DNA of 63,315 nucleotides, filler included, from Intoshia linei (taxonomy: Eukaryota > Animalia > Orthonectida), in NCBI GenBank assembly GCA_001642005.1. It is 6 parts of 6 records of this genome, joined end to end, with 100 filler letters (N's around TTAATTAATTAA, not from the genome) between each part and the next. Parts side by side here need not be neighbours in the genome. Positions count along the whole stretch, not along the records: positions 8,992 to 31,297 come from LWCA01000597.1; positions 31,398 to 35,436 come from LWCA01001994.1; positions 35,537 to 51,195 come from LWCA01000900.1; 3 more parts are not named here. One strand, given 5' to 3'. The notes beneath the pieces are model-generated. The model searched no databases, was not told the origin of the DNA, and saw nothing but the letters and a program-made list of their open reading frames with translations. Numbering within the stretch: the stretch's first letter is position 1; every line of letters starts with the position of its first letter. Below are positions 27,018 to 39,600 of the stretch, piece after piece. Both the position numbers and the translations under genes were made by a program.

Positions 27018-28219
27018 CTAAAAATATCCTTTAATGTTATAATAATAAATATTATATTAATAGTTTTTTCAATTATACTATCTATAAATTACAACTTTTA
27101 GAAGATGCTCTAGGAGCGTTCAACCGGTCGTAGCGATCATGGTATGGGTTACATTTTAAATTTTATTCTTATGTAAATATAAAACTAGAAACAAACAACA
27201 CATAATTTAATCATTAATTAATACCTATATAAAATTTAACCATAGTGATATGTAATATAATGATTAATTAGCCTGATGAAGTTACAATTATTCTATTGTA
27301 ATTTTAACGAAATTAAAGTAAAATGGCCGAGTTTACCACCTCTAATAAAATTAAAAACAAGTTATGATTTTATTGTATTATTACTTACGATGTACATTGT
27401 ACGTCCTAATTCGTCAGTTCAATCATTAACCATTTTTGGTCAAGCAGAGTTTTAACAATTTTTTTAATTGATACGGGTAATAGTTACACCCAATTTAAAT
27501 TATTATGGAGTACCATTTTTTTTATGTTTAGGGGTATAAACTGTGAAGTATGTTGGGAACCGCTGTTCTATACATAACAAATATGTATAAAACAAAAAAT
27601 TATATTTAAAAATATATTGGTAAATAAGATAATACATATATTTCATAAGTTTATGTACATAAAAGGATGCGCCAAAATAATATGCTAGTCATTTAATTTA
27701 TATCGAGTCGTATAGAATTCAAACTTCATAAAGTATCTTAAATTAACTAAAATTTTTTTTTAAATAATATTCTGTTACATATTAATGAATTCCGTATAAT
27801 TATATATAATTCAATAATGACTAACAAATTAATAAATATTAACAAATTCATCATTTAAAATTTTTTTTATATTTTACTAAAATATACTTGGGTACCCAAT
27901 CTCTACAAAATTATGTATTAAATTTATTGATTACAATCCCAAATAATCAGTAATATCAATATATAATATATTCTTATTTTTTCTGTTTTCAAGGATCTTT
28001 CTGTATAAAAAATATACATATAATGTACTATAATAAAAGTTTTTTTAAGTCGGACTGTTTGTATAAATTTTAAATTGATGCGATCTGGTATATCAAAAAG
28101 TTCACCAACCTAGGCCTAAAGTAAACTCTGATTAACATTTTAATTAAAGTAGTCAAAATTCTTATATTTAATTAAAAGTATACGAAAATTATTAAAAGTA
28201 GATAATATTGTAATTCCCA

Positions 28220-28670
28220 ATTATGATCGCAAACAAATATTTGAGATAACATCTAAAAATTTTAAATATAACCAATTCAAGAAATTAGAATTTAAAAATT
28301 CATAGTCGAGTTTTTCATACTGCATTGAATTCAACTGAAATAAAATTTAAGCCTTACACGATATTATAATTAATGGACACGTAATTTTGTCTACGCTTTG
28401 ATAAAATCTGTAAAAAATTTCTACATTTTTGTAAAAATATTTCACGAGGAAATTAAACGATTTATGTGGACTGAATTATTAAAAGTATGAAATTGCCAGT
28501 GTCAAACCTACCGTGTCCAAGGCCCTTTTCAGGGCCTCAACATAATTGTTCAACCTAGTCTCGTCGAGATGGCTACTAGGTCTATTATTTTGGATATTAT
28601 ATTCATTCATCACGTAATACATGTCGATAAATTTTTCTCGTATTTTAAGTATTAAATTCTCACTACTCAT
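28220..28670 (-). CDS. hypothetical small multi-exon gene
   Basis: MSSENLILKIREKF..KRALDT|gtaggt, then phase-0 exons ILSKRRQNY and LNSMQYEKLDYEFLN; 3' end unresolved; no motif. Confidence 0.3.
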
Positions 28671-28685
28671 TTAGTTTAATACTGT

Positions 28686-29300
28686 TCCTTTACTTATATA
28701 AGATTGAATGTCTGTGTCCGTTTATTTAAATAATCGACAATTGTAGAAATTAAAAAGGCTAAATTTCTAATACAGTTTTTCCCAACACGTGTTTATATCT
28801 ATTTTTCAGTTTCATAATTTGAGTCCTTCAGCGTCAAAAAACTAGTTTTAATATACAAAAAGCAATATTTGTTTGATTATATAGAAAAATGCATGTATTT
28901 ACCAATTTTACATTTTTAAAATATTTTTGATAATTGGTTAAAGCGTAATGAGAATTAGACGATTAAATTATTAACAAAAATTTGGATAAACAGAAAAAGA
29001 TATGATGGATCAAATACATTTATAACAGGTTATGACTAGCGAATGTTTATATATTATATTTATATACATTGTATAAGATAATATTATCCATAAACAAACA
29101 ATTTACAGCTTACACTAAAATATCAATATTGCATCAAGTTTTATCAAGGTATTCTTTTACGAATCAATTTAACGGTACGAAAATGATGATAAATGTAAAT
29201 AAAAAGTATTACTCAAAAAGTTAGTAAAATAAATTTAAAAATTATTCTTAAAATTACAAAAAGATTTTATTAGAGCCGTGTTACGCACCGGATCTTACCC
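28686..29300 (+). mobile_element. degenerate Helitron copy (subfamily B)
   Basis: Starts TCCTTTACTTATATAAGATTGAATGTCTGTGT; a GC-rich hairpin-like gccgtgttacgcaccgg lies near 29276. Confidence 0.45.
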
Positions 29301-30378
29301 AATATGATTTATATAAATTTCTTTCAAGAGAAAATTTACTTAAACAAATATATTTCTTTACTGATCAAATTAAATTGGAACACGATCAAAACAAACAGTG
29401 ACTTAAATGATCTACGAAAATTTCATGTACAATTGAATAAATGTATGGCATCATTTTGAAATTTGTATGCAAAAATTCAAGGTTTTACCCAATTTACTTA
29501 TGATATATATACTTATTGTATACAATAATCTTATGTGCTCAATTAATAAAAAATTAAAAATCCAAGCTTTGTAATATTACACGGGTTAACTTTCGGAAAA
29601 ATAGTAACATTAAAAAGTAAAATTAAATATCAGTTTATAAAGCAAAAGTCGGCAACCAATGGCCACAGAATAATTTTGGTGGCCCTTTGAGTAAATGTGT
29701 ATATTATTTATTTTAAAATTTTTCAACTGTAAAACATTGTTTTAAACATTTTCTACCATAATTAGCTCATCATAATGATTTTAATACTCAATTTTCAGAT
29801 CGTCCAGGATTTTATTTTGTTGAATATACTAGAAACGTTTCTCTTCATTTAATTGATAACATTCATAACACCTAGTAATTTAAAACAATTTAAAAAGGAT
29901 TATTAACAGTGTTACTTGACTATGGAAAACGGAATAGAGAAAACTAATACATAAAAAAGTAGATTTAAAAGTTAGTAAAATATTATCAAATATTGGACAA
30001 ATTTCAATCTCACACACCTGCTGATATTTTAATTTAATATAACGTCTATAATAAAAATAAATTAATAAAAAGGTTGTTTCACAACAGGATAAAAAAGAAA
30101 ATATTGATAAATATAATTTGTAAAATATATACTAAATATCATTGAATCACTGCAAAAAAATGAGTTTTGATCTTATGGGTTAATGCATATTGTCTCTAGA
30201 TAATATAATAAATGACATTTCATGAAAAGAATTATAATTGTAAATTCAAAGATTGTACGTAATTAGCAATATTTAAAAATAGTTTACAAAACCCATGGGC
30301 CATGCTAAGTTTATGAACCCGTTATATACGGTTCGTAAAATTGAATGCAACCATGTTTGCTGATAGTGGGATGTATAC

Positions 30379-30964
30379 TATGGAGTCCTGATTATTCGAA
30401 AATTTGAAAAACCGGTTATCGAATAATTCCGGTTATTTGAACAACGATTATCCGAAATTTAAAATTTTTATCATAAAAACCAACAATCCTTACTTATATA
30501 ATATGTACGCGATTTTTGTTTGTGTGTGTGTTCCACTTTATTAAAATAACTACCAGTCTTAAAATTTTATAAAGTCCACATTTCAATTATAGTTTTTTCC
30601 GGGGGTGTTCGCAAAATAAATTTCAACATCTCAAACTCACATCTTACGGGTCAAAAAACCCCAATTGTCCTTCTTTTTAAAAATCAAACAAGTTAGAGAA
30701 TTTAAAAAAATTATATCTTCAGGGCCAAAACCCCAAACTACCCTTCTTTTTTTAATGAAAACAGCCCTAGAATTTAAAAAAAATTACAAGTGGTACAGTT
30801 GTATCCTGTTAACACACACAAAAAATTTCAATCCGAATGACTTCACGGTGAAAAAAGCATTTTAGTATTCATATATAAATTTTTGAAAATCCGATTATTC
30901 CAAATATATTCCGATTATTGTAAACGATTAACCGAATTTTCAATTAATCGAATATCATTCCCTA
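30379..30964. mobile_element. hAT-like element with nested Helitron 5' fragment (30487-~30870)
   Basis: Perfect 8-bp TSD atgtatac; right end ..ATCATTCCCTA; subterminal ccg(a/g)ttat repeats; the insert begins A|TCCTTACTTATATAATATG. Confidence 0.75.
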
Positions 30965-31397
30965 ATGTATACTATACATTGTATAGGTTAGTCGAAATTT
31001 AATTTTTTCTGTAAAATTAGAAAATTTCACCCTCGGCAGAACTAGCAGCTGTTTGTACGAAGTATATAACAGTCAAGCAAGCTTAATTATACTTTGTATA
31101 TGACAATCTTATATTCAATTTTATTCGAAATAAATATTATATTAAAGTAAAATAATACCCAAAACTATGTGAAATCCATGAATTTCTTCGAATGGTATTT
31201 TTGAGATACCATATAGGTTATTTATGCAATATATAAATGTCTTTGTAATGTTTTAGATACTAAGATATTTACAATATAAATCTTATATTTAATTTAANNN
31301 NNNNNNNNNNNNNNNNNNNNNNNNNNNNNNNNNNNNNNNNNTTAATTAATTAANNNNNNNNNNNNNNNNNNNNNNNNNNNNNNNNNNNNNNNNNNNN

Positions 31398-32057
31398 TTA
31401 TATCAACTGGAATAAGCTCTATCAGAATAATCTTTTTTTTAATTTTTGGACTGTTAATTATTTTACATTTTTGTTTTAATAAAATATTTCGAAAAAAAAA
31501 ATATGATTACTAAAATGCTTTTTTGACCGTGAGTTCGTCACTTATTCGGATTGACATTTTATGTGTGTGTTAACAGGATACAACTGTACCACCTGTAATT
31601 TATTAAATTCTAGGGCTGTTTTCATTAAAAAAAAAGGGTATTTTGGGGTTTTGGCACTGAAAATATAATTTTTTTAAATTTAAATTTATGATAATGTTTA
31701 TGATTTTAAAATCCGTATCAGCGTATATATTTTTTTAAATTCTCGAACTCGTTTGATTTTCAAAAAAAAGACAATTGGGATATATATTTTTTTAAATTCT
31801 CCAACTCGTTTGATTTTCAAAAAGAGGGACAATTTTTGAAATTCTCCAACTCGTTTGATTTTCAAAAAGTGGGATAATTGGGGTTTTTGACCCGTAAGAT
31901 GTGAGTTTGGGAGGTTGAAATTTATATTATTATACGTCCCGAAAAAAACTGTAATTGAAATGTAAACTTTATAAAATTCTAAGACTGGTATTTATTTAAA
32001 TAAAGTGGAACACACACACACAAACAAAAATCGCGTAGCATATTACATAAGTTAGGA
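31398..32057 (-). mobile_element. non-autonomous Helitron, 5' portion with internal tandem triplication (~31725-31880)
   Basis: Minus-strand start A|TCCTAACTTATGTAATATG followed by (GT)n; truncated by the spacer. Confidence 0.75.
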
Positions 32058-32238
32058 TATAACTTTAATATTTACAAATACTTTAATAATTTACCCACAT
32101 AAATGCAAAATGGGTTTTTTAATAAAAAAACTACATAAAAAGTGGACACCCTAATGCAGATATTTTTAATCATATGTAATAATAGGATATTCCCCTGCAT
32201 TAAAATTGTTTTTAAAACTTTTAATGATCATAAGCATA

Positions 32239-34356
32239 TTAATTATTAATTACCAAAAAACATGTATACATATCACGACATTTACGTCTATAACACATGA
32301 CCTTTCCACATAAAACACACAAAACTCTGATTTTATTGGTATATTTGATTTGGCAATTGTAGCAAAGTATGTTTTGATATTTTGCAATTAAGGATATGTA
32401 ATCCTGAGGTAAATTAATAAACGATGGATGTATATAATCAATCAAATTCATATTTAATAGAGATACTAAATCTGGTAAATCTGATTTATTTTTGATATTG
32501 ATGGCCAAATGAACCACCCACTTTTCCAAGAGAGGGGTGGGATAATTAGGATATAAAAAATTTCGGTTCATACGAACATTGTCTTTTGAAATGTCGATTT
32601 TAAAGACAAATTTATACAATTCTACAAATTCATCAGTGCCGTCTTGATTAATTTTGTTTGGTTTTTTATTTGGAAAAGTAGCATTTTGAATAATTGAAAT
32701 AATCCGTAATAAATGAAGTCCTAATTTATGTATTTTTTTCTCGATAGTGGCATTGGACCACGGAATACTTTGAAGTTTATTATTTACAAAACTGTCAAAG
32801 TTTTTATCATAATTTAATTGAATATGTTCTAATATAATAGATAAATAGTGAATGTGGTCATCTCCATTAATCGAGTTTGTTCTTTTACGAGATGCATAAG
32901 TATTAGCTTCATCCCTTGATATAGTAAAAGCAATGTAGCATAATATCTGAATATATTTTAAAAAAAATACAGCTTTCGATAATGACATAAAACCCTCCAA
33001 ACTTATTGCATCGCAACGACTAGATAAAAGAATGTGAAAATATACTATACTAACCTCTTCTAATAAAGTGGGAGGGTCGTTATGGTTAGCTGGAGACTCA
33101 AATATATCTATATACAACATATTGCATCGTGCTTGTAGATATATAGCATTCAATTTGGTTAACATGGGGTAAATAAAATTTGAATTTTTATGAATTAAAG
33201 AAACCCTTTTAATGCAAATCAAATAGTCCACATTCAATTTAATTGTACAAACGCACCAATTTTTCATTAATCGTATTACATTTTTATTATAATTGTTGCC
33301 TACATTGTGTTGTAGTAAATTGTTGACTTGATTATTAAAGAAAGAATACAGTGATCTAACGGGTACCTTGTTCATGTGAAAAAAACGTGGAAAATTGCTA
33401 TGGTTTTCAAAATAATATAGAGGGTATACATCATTAGGAGAAAATTGACTTGGTTCCACTGACACTGCAAAGTTGCAGGTAAATCGGCACCTTGGACAAC
33501 AAAATGGTGAATTGTGTATCATTATATGGTTAAAAAATTTATGTCTGTTTAAATTGTAATATTCAGCGAAACAACGTTGGTGGGCATAATGACCACAGGA
33601 TGAAATTAAACTTACGCCTCTTATTTGTACATAAGATAAGTATTTAGAATACTGGTCGATAAAAGTTTTGATCAATTCCATTCGACATAAACTCAGATTG
33701 AAATACGTTTTTTTAATAATATTGTGACATAAATCTGAAAAATCAGGAGACAATAAAAATTGCAGACCAGTATCAGAAATATTAACTAGCACAACATATG
33801 ATGAATGTATTGTCGACATTTCAATCAATTTGCAAAATTCACAATAATATAATTTATCACATTTTCTATACTTCTTTTTCGCTTCATTGCAATTTTTTAA
33901 TGATTCATTTTCAAATTTTAATCGATTTTTAGCAAATTTTTTCAATATTTCAAGTTTTCTTTCATTGTTTTTTAATTTTATATTATTTGATAAATTTTTT
34001 GATAAATTTCTTTTTTTTTTTAAATGATGGTCAATTATTTTTCTAGACTTTGGGAAATTTGCGTATATACGTGAAAATAGATATGAAAATGTATGGGGTT
34101 TTGAACCTATTCTCGTCACTTGTTTCATTTCAAAATAAAAATTCTTTTTGTCATTTTCAAAGTCGTAGCCCTTTTTTATTGCATCAATATTTCTATAATC
34201 TTTTGGGTCGTAATCTATAAATAGCATCAAATCATTCAAAACTTTCATTTTCTTTGCCAATTTTATTAGTAATGTAAAAAAACTTTCTGGTTTTTTTAAT
34301 TTAAAAAAACGTATATCATCGCAATCATCAGTCGTTTTATGTTTATTATTATTCAT
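32239..34356 (-). CDS. UBR1/2/3-family (UBR3-like) E3 ubiquitin ligase, RING-H2 plus C-terminal region (partial, one long exon)
   Basis: CEFC..GVSLISSCGHYAHQRCF..FCCPRCRFTCN (split RING-H2) and FINLPQDY..CYNC..LCVLCGKVMC of the UBR C-terminal domain; the ORF begins right after a ttttag acceptor. Confidence 0.75.
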   Translation of the reverse strand: MNNNKHKTTDDCDDIRFFKLKKPESFFTLLIKLAKKMKVLNDLMLFIDYDPKDYRNIDAIKKGYDFENDKKNFYFEMKQVTRIGSKPHTFSYLFSRIYANFPKSRKIIDHHLKKKRNLSKNLSNNIKLKNNERKLEILKKFAKNRLKFENESLKNCNEAKKKYRKCDKLYYCEFCKLIEMSTIHSSYVVLVNISDTGLQFLLSPDFSDLCHNIIKKTYFNLSLCRMELIKTFIDQYSKYLSYVQIRGVSLISSCGHYAHQRCFAEYYNLNRHKFFNHIMIHNSPFCCPRCRFTCNFAVSVEPSQFSPNDVYPLYYFENHSNFPRFFHMNKVPVRSLYSFFNNQVNNLLQHNVGNNYNKNVIRLMKNWCVCTIKLNVDYLICIKRVSLIHKNSNFIYPMLTKLNAIYLQARCNMLYIDIFESPANHNDPPTLLEEVSIVYFHILLSSRCDAISLEGFMSLSKAVFFLKYIQILCYIAFTISRDEANTYASRKRTNSINGDDHIHYLSIILEHIQLNYDKNFDSFVNNKLQSIPWSNATIEKKIHKLGLHLLRIISIIQNATFPNKKPNKINQDGTDEFVELYKFVFKIDISKDNVRMNRNFLYPNYPTPLLEKWVVHLAINIKNKSDLPDLVSLLNMNLIDYIHPSFINLPQDYISLIAKYQNILCYNCQIKYTNKIRVLCVLCGKVMCYRRKCRDMYTCFLVINN

Positions 34357-34695
34357 CTAAAATAAAACTATACACATGTATTTTATTTTTCATAGATTAA
34401 AATTAATTAAGAAAATTACATTTTTAATTTTTTGTACATTGTCGGTATACAATTTAAATATTTGTTTTTTTTTGACAAAATTACACACCAAACTTGAAGA
34501 AGATACAATGTATTCGGAAACATGTAGTAAAAAATTTTAGAAAAAACGAAACTGAAGCAATTTTCGTAAAATGAGGCCACGTTTTAGAAATTGAACACTT
34601 TTAAAAAGTATATTTTGGACCATCATATCTATTTTGTATGTCATATGATAAAATTATTGAGCCCACGCGTGTAGAGGTTGCTTAGGTTATATGAT

Positions 34696-35300
34696 ACACT
34701 CCGTCCAATAATTATAACCACACAATCATTTTGTTAATAACAATTATATTTGTAGATCAAAATTTATGAAAATTGGCATGTTGGACATGCACAATAGTGT
34801 CCCAATTTAACATTTTTGTTTGATTTTCAAAAAGTATTTTTGACTGTATGTCCCATTTTGTATACAATGTAAGCTGTCACTTTTAATTTATAATTTAATC
34901 TTAATTTGGTCAGGCTAAGTACGAAAATTTTATTTTAAAAAAAATAATCAATTTAAACGAATATAAGTTTATTTTCATGGATTAAAACTCAGTATTTTAT
35001 AATATTAAAAACATAATGTATCTTTATAGTCGTATAATTAGATAAATATTCATTTTAAATATTTTAATTATAATTGTTAAATTTTTTTATACGCATTTAT
35101 TCCAATTTTTCATCAGATGAAATAGTAAAGCCCGTTTTGCAATTTCGTTTGTGTACGAAATTTTTAGCCTTCTGCTCAAAGTGTTTTTGCGAAGCCAATA
35201 CTTGTTCAAACATTTAGCTACAGTTGGATAATTCAGACATAGCTTCTTGTGTCGCAAATCACCATTGATATTTTATCATTAATATTAAATAACTCCAAGA
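34696..35300 (-). mobile_element. degenerate Tc1-like remnant
   Basis: TA|CACTCCGTCCAATAATTATA terminus; the minus frame YPTVAKCLNKYWLRKNTLSRRLKISYTNEIAKR..KNWN resembles the Tc1 HTH-linker region. Confidence 0.35.
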
Positions 35301-35584
35301 AATTTAGAATTTATTGGTATATTGTAAGATCCTTACTATTATTTAATGACCGTAAAGAAATAAGTATTGAATAATTTTCTCTAGAAATACAAACAGCCAG
35401 TTTCTCAGTTTTATAGCCGTCATATCTAATTATTCTNNNNNNNNNNNNNNNNNNNNNNNNNNNNNNNNNNNNNNNNNNNNTTAATTAATTAANNNNNNNN
35501 NNNNNNNNNNNNNNNNNNNNNNNNNNNNNNNNNNNNCAAAGCTTTCAAAAATAATTATAATCACCAAAAAATTAATATAATTCA

Positions 35585-35613
35585 GGGGGTTCCAACACTT
35601 TTGACCGGCACTG
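35585..35613. mobile_element. Tc1-like terminal inverted repeat
   Basis: ggggttccaacacttttgaccggcactg|TA at a contig start. Confidence 0.55.
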
Positions 35614-36707
35614 TATACGGTAATAAAAATATTCACATAAGTAATGAATTAAATTTTATCATTTTTAAATTTGTTTGACTCTTAATTTTATAAACTTATG
35701 TTAACAAAATTATTTTTTTACAATAGTACTTAAAAAATATTTGAATAGAAACATTTAAAATGTTTTGACCCAATTCATATAAATTCATGTCTATTTTTGA
35801 AATTATGTAATTTTTTTATAAATGACGAAAAGTTTATCCGGGAACTTTGTCTAAAATAAACGATTTTTTATTGATTTTTTTAATTGATATGATTAGTATC
35901 ACATGATCTATGTTATATATTAAAATTATAATAAAAACTGGAAACTAAGGGGAAAAAATGGAATCTAAATATTAAAAGTACTATATTGCCTAAAATATAA
36001 TTTTTTGATTGAAATTTAATTATACAATTTAGTTTGTTAATATTTGTTTAAGTATAATGAAAATTTTTGTATAATAAAAATAAAAACATAAATGTTTTTC
36101 AGAACTTAAATTTCATTAATGGAACAATCAGTTTAACTATTTGATTTGAAAAAATAGCAAATAAAACATTATAACTCTAACACTGAGATATGTCTTTTTT
36201 AAATTACAAAAAAAGTGAAATTACAATATAATAATAGCCATATTGTACAGTGTAAACTGTACAATTACTCATTGACTATATCATAATTGATTTATAACGA
36301 ATTAATGCGTTAATGCTTATTAAATCTATCATAAGATATAATTATTAAACATATCACATAAAATTGATACAATTACATTGAGTGTAAAATTATTGTTTTG
36401 AATATAGTCTATAGCTCATAAACAAATTAATTGTGATTATAATGACTCTATTGATGTTGTCTAATTAAGTGCGAAAAATTTAGATAATTATTGTCACATG
36501 CAATACAAATGGGTAGTGTGACAAATTGAACAATTAATAATAAAAAAAATTGTTGATTCGTTCTATGACGTTAAATATACATGTTATATATTGATTATAT
36601 CAATATGATGTAAAGTATCACATTTCATACTTTTAAAATTTACAAACGACTGACATCACTTATCAAATCTTTCAAAACTCAAAATTTATCAATAAATAAC
36701 GTTAAAA

Positions 36708-38034
36708 ATGACTTTAACGAATATTGCAATTGTATTGATTGTGATGTTCGCGGTAAATATAAAAAATATCAACCTACTATTGTAATTCTAGACTGTATGT
36801 GGAACAGGAAATTTTCATTTTGATTTTATTTCTTACCACAATGAAAATGGAAGAGATATCAATGGATCATATTGTGACTACCTGAGTAAATGCGATCTAT
36901 ATAGCACAGTGGAAATTCAAACAGTAGATACGTAATTTCACAATGTTTGTGTAAATCATATTTTAATTAGAATTTATCAATGGGATAATTCGATGGATAA
37001 ATACTTATCAGATAGTAACGTCTTGGTTGATAATCATCAATTTACGTATAACATCACATTAAAAGAGATTCCAGTAATTTTTAAACTAATAATCTATTTG
37101 AATCTAACATATTCCAGCTTAATTAATTAATTAAAAAAATCAAAATATAACCATTTTTAATATACAGCTTATAGTGATAAGTGTATATATCACATATATT
37201 TTGTAATCATTAATTATATTTATCAATTTCAACTTTAGAAAGTGGTCAATATCGTTATTTATATTTATGATTACGACGAACGTGACGATGACGATTTGGT
37301 AGACATTATTGAAATAAATTATTATAATTATTCACATGTCGATATATATCACAAGGCTCACATAAGCAAGTAATTTACAAATTAACACATTTAATATACT
37401 ATTTAGCGATGCAGAATATATTTTTTTAAAATTTAAGATATATTATATTGAAAACAAAAAAAAGAAAGAAAATTTTCATCAAAGGTAATGTATAGATTGA
37501 AAAACAATATAAATTCTGTTTAGTAATTCTAAGGATAACAAAAGAGAACTCATCGATAAATTGGATATAATTAACAAAAACAAAATAAACAGCCTAAACA
37601 TGATGATAGATAAAAACATTCCAAAACATAATGTTTCAAACTTTATAGATAATAATGATACATTAAATGTCAAAAATGAAATAATGTTAAAGAAGAATAA
37701 ATTTCAATCTCAAATTATTAACAAAATTAGGAAAAATTATAGAAACATCAATATCACGACGCAGAGAAATGACCGTATCGAATTGAAATTAAGAGAAAAA
37801 ATGAGCGAACAAAGTAAAAGATTTGCTAATGATTACAAAGCATTGACTGATATGATGTTTATTTCATTCTGTATTGCTTTAATTGGCTGTGGTGGTGCCC
37901 TTATTCTAATTTTATATGCTAAAATTAAAAAATGGAAAACGGTAGAAAAAATGTCTAATAAACCAAATAAAAACATTTTCTACATTTCAAAGATCATACA
38001 TGGCACGCTAAAAGGGATTGTTAGTAGTAAATAA
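36708..38034 (+). CDS. type I membrane protein with Notch-ligand N-terminal (MNNL/C2-like) domain, no DSL/EGF
   Basis: Six exons (36708-36752, 36792-36931, 36971-37073, 37239-37369, 37407-37484, 37524-38034) splice in frame: signal peptide MTLTNIAIVLIVMFATVCG, TGNFHFDFISYHNENGRDINGSYCD..KCD, IVIYIYDYDERDDDDLVD, N/K-rich stalk, TM FISFCIALIGCGGALILILYA and a basic tail. Confidence 0.75.
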
Positions 38035-38926
38035 AATAAATATTTATTTTATTTGTTCAGTTTATAATTAAATGTATACATTTTAATGTCAATTTCAATT
38101 ATTAGAAGCTCACGTTTTTACCAATAAAAGTCCATTTTACTATTAGTCCGAAATGTTTTGACCAGGAGTGCTTAGACTTCTGAAATTTCAAGATTAAAAT
38201 CAGACATTGAATATTTTTTTATACTATATTGACATGTGAATAATACTAAATTTTTTTTTGACCATGAAGGCTTTATTTTTTTGTTTGTATGCTAATTGTA
38301 TCAGTTGTCATATTTTTTAGAATTCTGGGACTTTTTTCATTTAAAAAAACAAATGGTAATTTATAGTGTTTTGATCGTACAGATGCAAGTTTTAAGGTGG
38401 GCGTTAATGTTCATGATTCTAAAAAAATTTCTACAATTCGTATTTTTAATTCTGGGACTGTATTTTTAAAAAAAAGTCATTTTGGTTTTTAAATAAGTTT
38501 TTTTAATAAAGTGTCAATTTAAGAGAGTTCTAGACTCTTAGTTTACATAGACCCTTGCTAATGTTTTGTATATATTACTTCGTCATGTATTATAATACAA
38601 TATAAATAATTATTCAAAAAACCATAATAACAAGAAATATGATTATTTAATGATTTTTATTTAAAAAAATGAAATTCCGTTAACGAGCGTGTTATTATAA
38701 GGAAAATTCTATATTAACCCTTTGGCGTAATTTACATGTATACAAACAAAAATGAGACCATTAAAAATTTGAAATGTTACTATACGTGTAAAAAATGGAG
38801 CTATCTAAATTTTATTTTTGTCAATGCGTGCAAAATAAGAGGCGGTACAAACATTGCATATGAACTGATTATTTGTATAGAATGTTACGTTAAATTTGAA
38901 ATTTTGATCTTATATAAGAACTAAAT

Positions 38927-39600
38927 TATAGGTTGACTGTTATGTACTACGTACAAACAGGGCCTAGCTCTGCCGAGGGCCATTTTTATTATACTTTAAA
39001 AATAAATTCACGTTGAAAATCTAACTTAACAATTATACTATGCACTATTATCAATCCTTTAAAGGAGTGGTTCCCAAATTGGTTTCAGGTAGAACCATCA
39101 TATTACATTACCTTTTACTTTAAAGTGAATTATTTTATCTTAATTTTTTGTTTAACATTTGCGTACAGAATTTTAAAAACAATTGGTATCCCATTTTTTT
39201 AATTTATTAGACAGAATGTGTGTATAATATTAAAAATAAAGTAAAAACAGTCCAATCCTAAAAATTGTCATAAATAGCATAAATTCCAAAAAAATAAAAT
39301 TACATCCAACCTAAAAATTGTCATAAATAGCATAAATTCCAGAAAAAATATAATTATAAAAACCTATTTTGTAATTTTCAATGTGATGACATTAATTCAG
39401 CACCAATTATGTATCAATGATTAACCGAATCTTCACTTTATAAACATATTTCGGTAGAATTTTACCAATATTGCAAAGGTTGTAATAAATATAAAAATGA
39501 TATTAACAAAGTTGTATTACTTTTAGTTTCGTTGTTGTAGTTTTTATTTAAATTTTATTCAAAGTGTTTTGAAAATGAGAATTTGATATTATTTAAAATT
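38927..39600 (-). mobile_element. non-autonomous Helitron, 3' portion
   Basis: Collinear with 42287-42900, including the hairpin end. Confidence 0.7.

Noticed and set aside
27388-27420. DELGR as a functional MSH2 Walker B exon
   Set aside because: In-frame stop just upstream and no GTST continuation under any splice tried.
30665-30865. Short ORFs at 23810, 30665, 51783 and 61525
   Set aside because: They lie inside non-coding Helitron copies and the frames are not conserved between copies.
31725-31880. Repeated ~45-55 bp units as a possible CRISPR array
   Set aside because: Eukaryotic context; a tandem duplication within a Helitron with no unique spacers.
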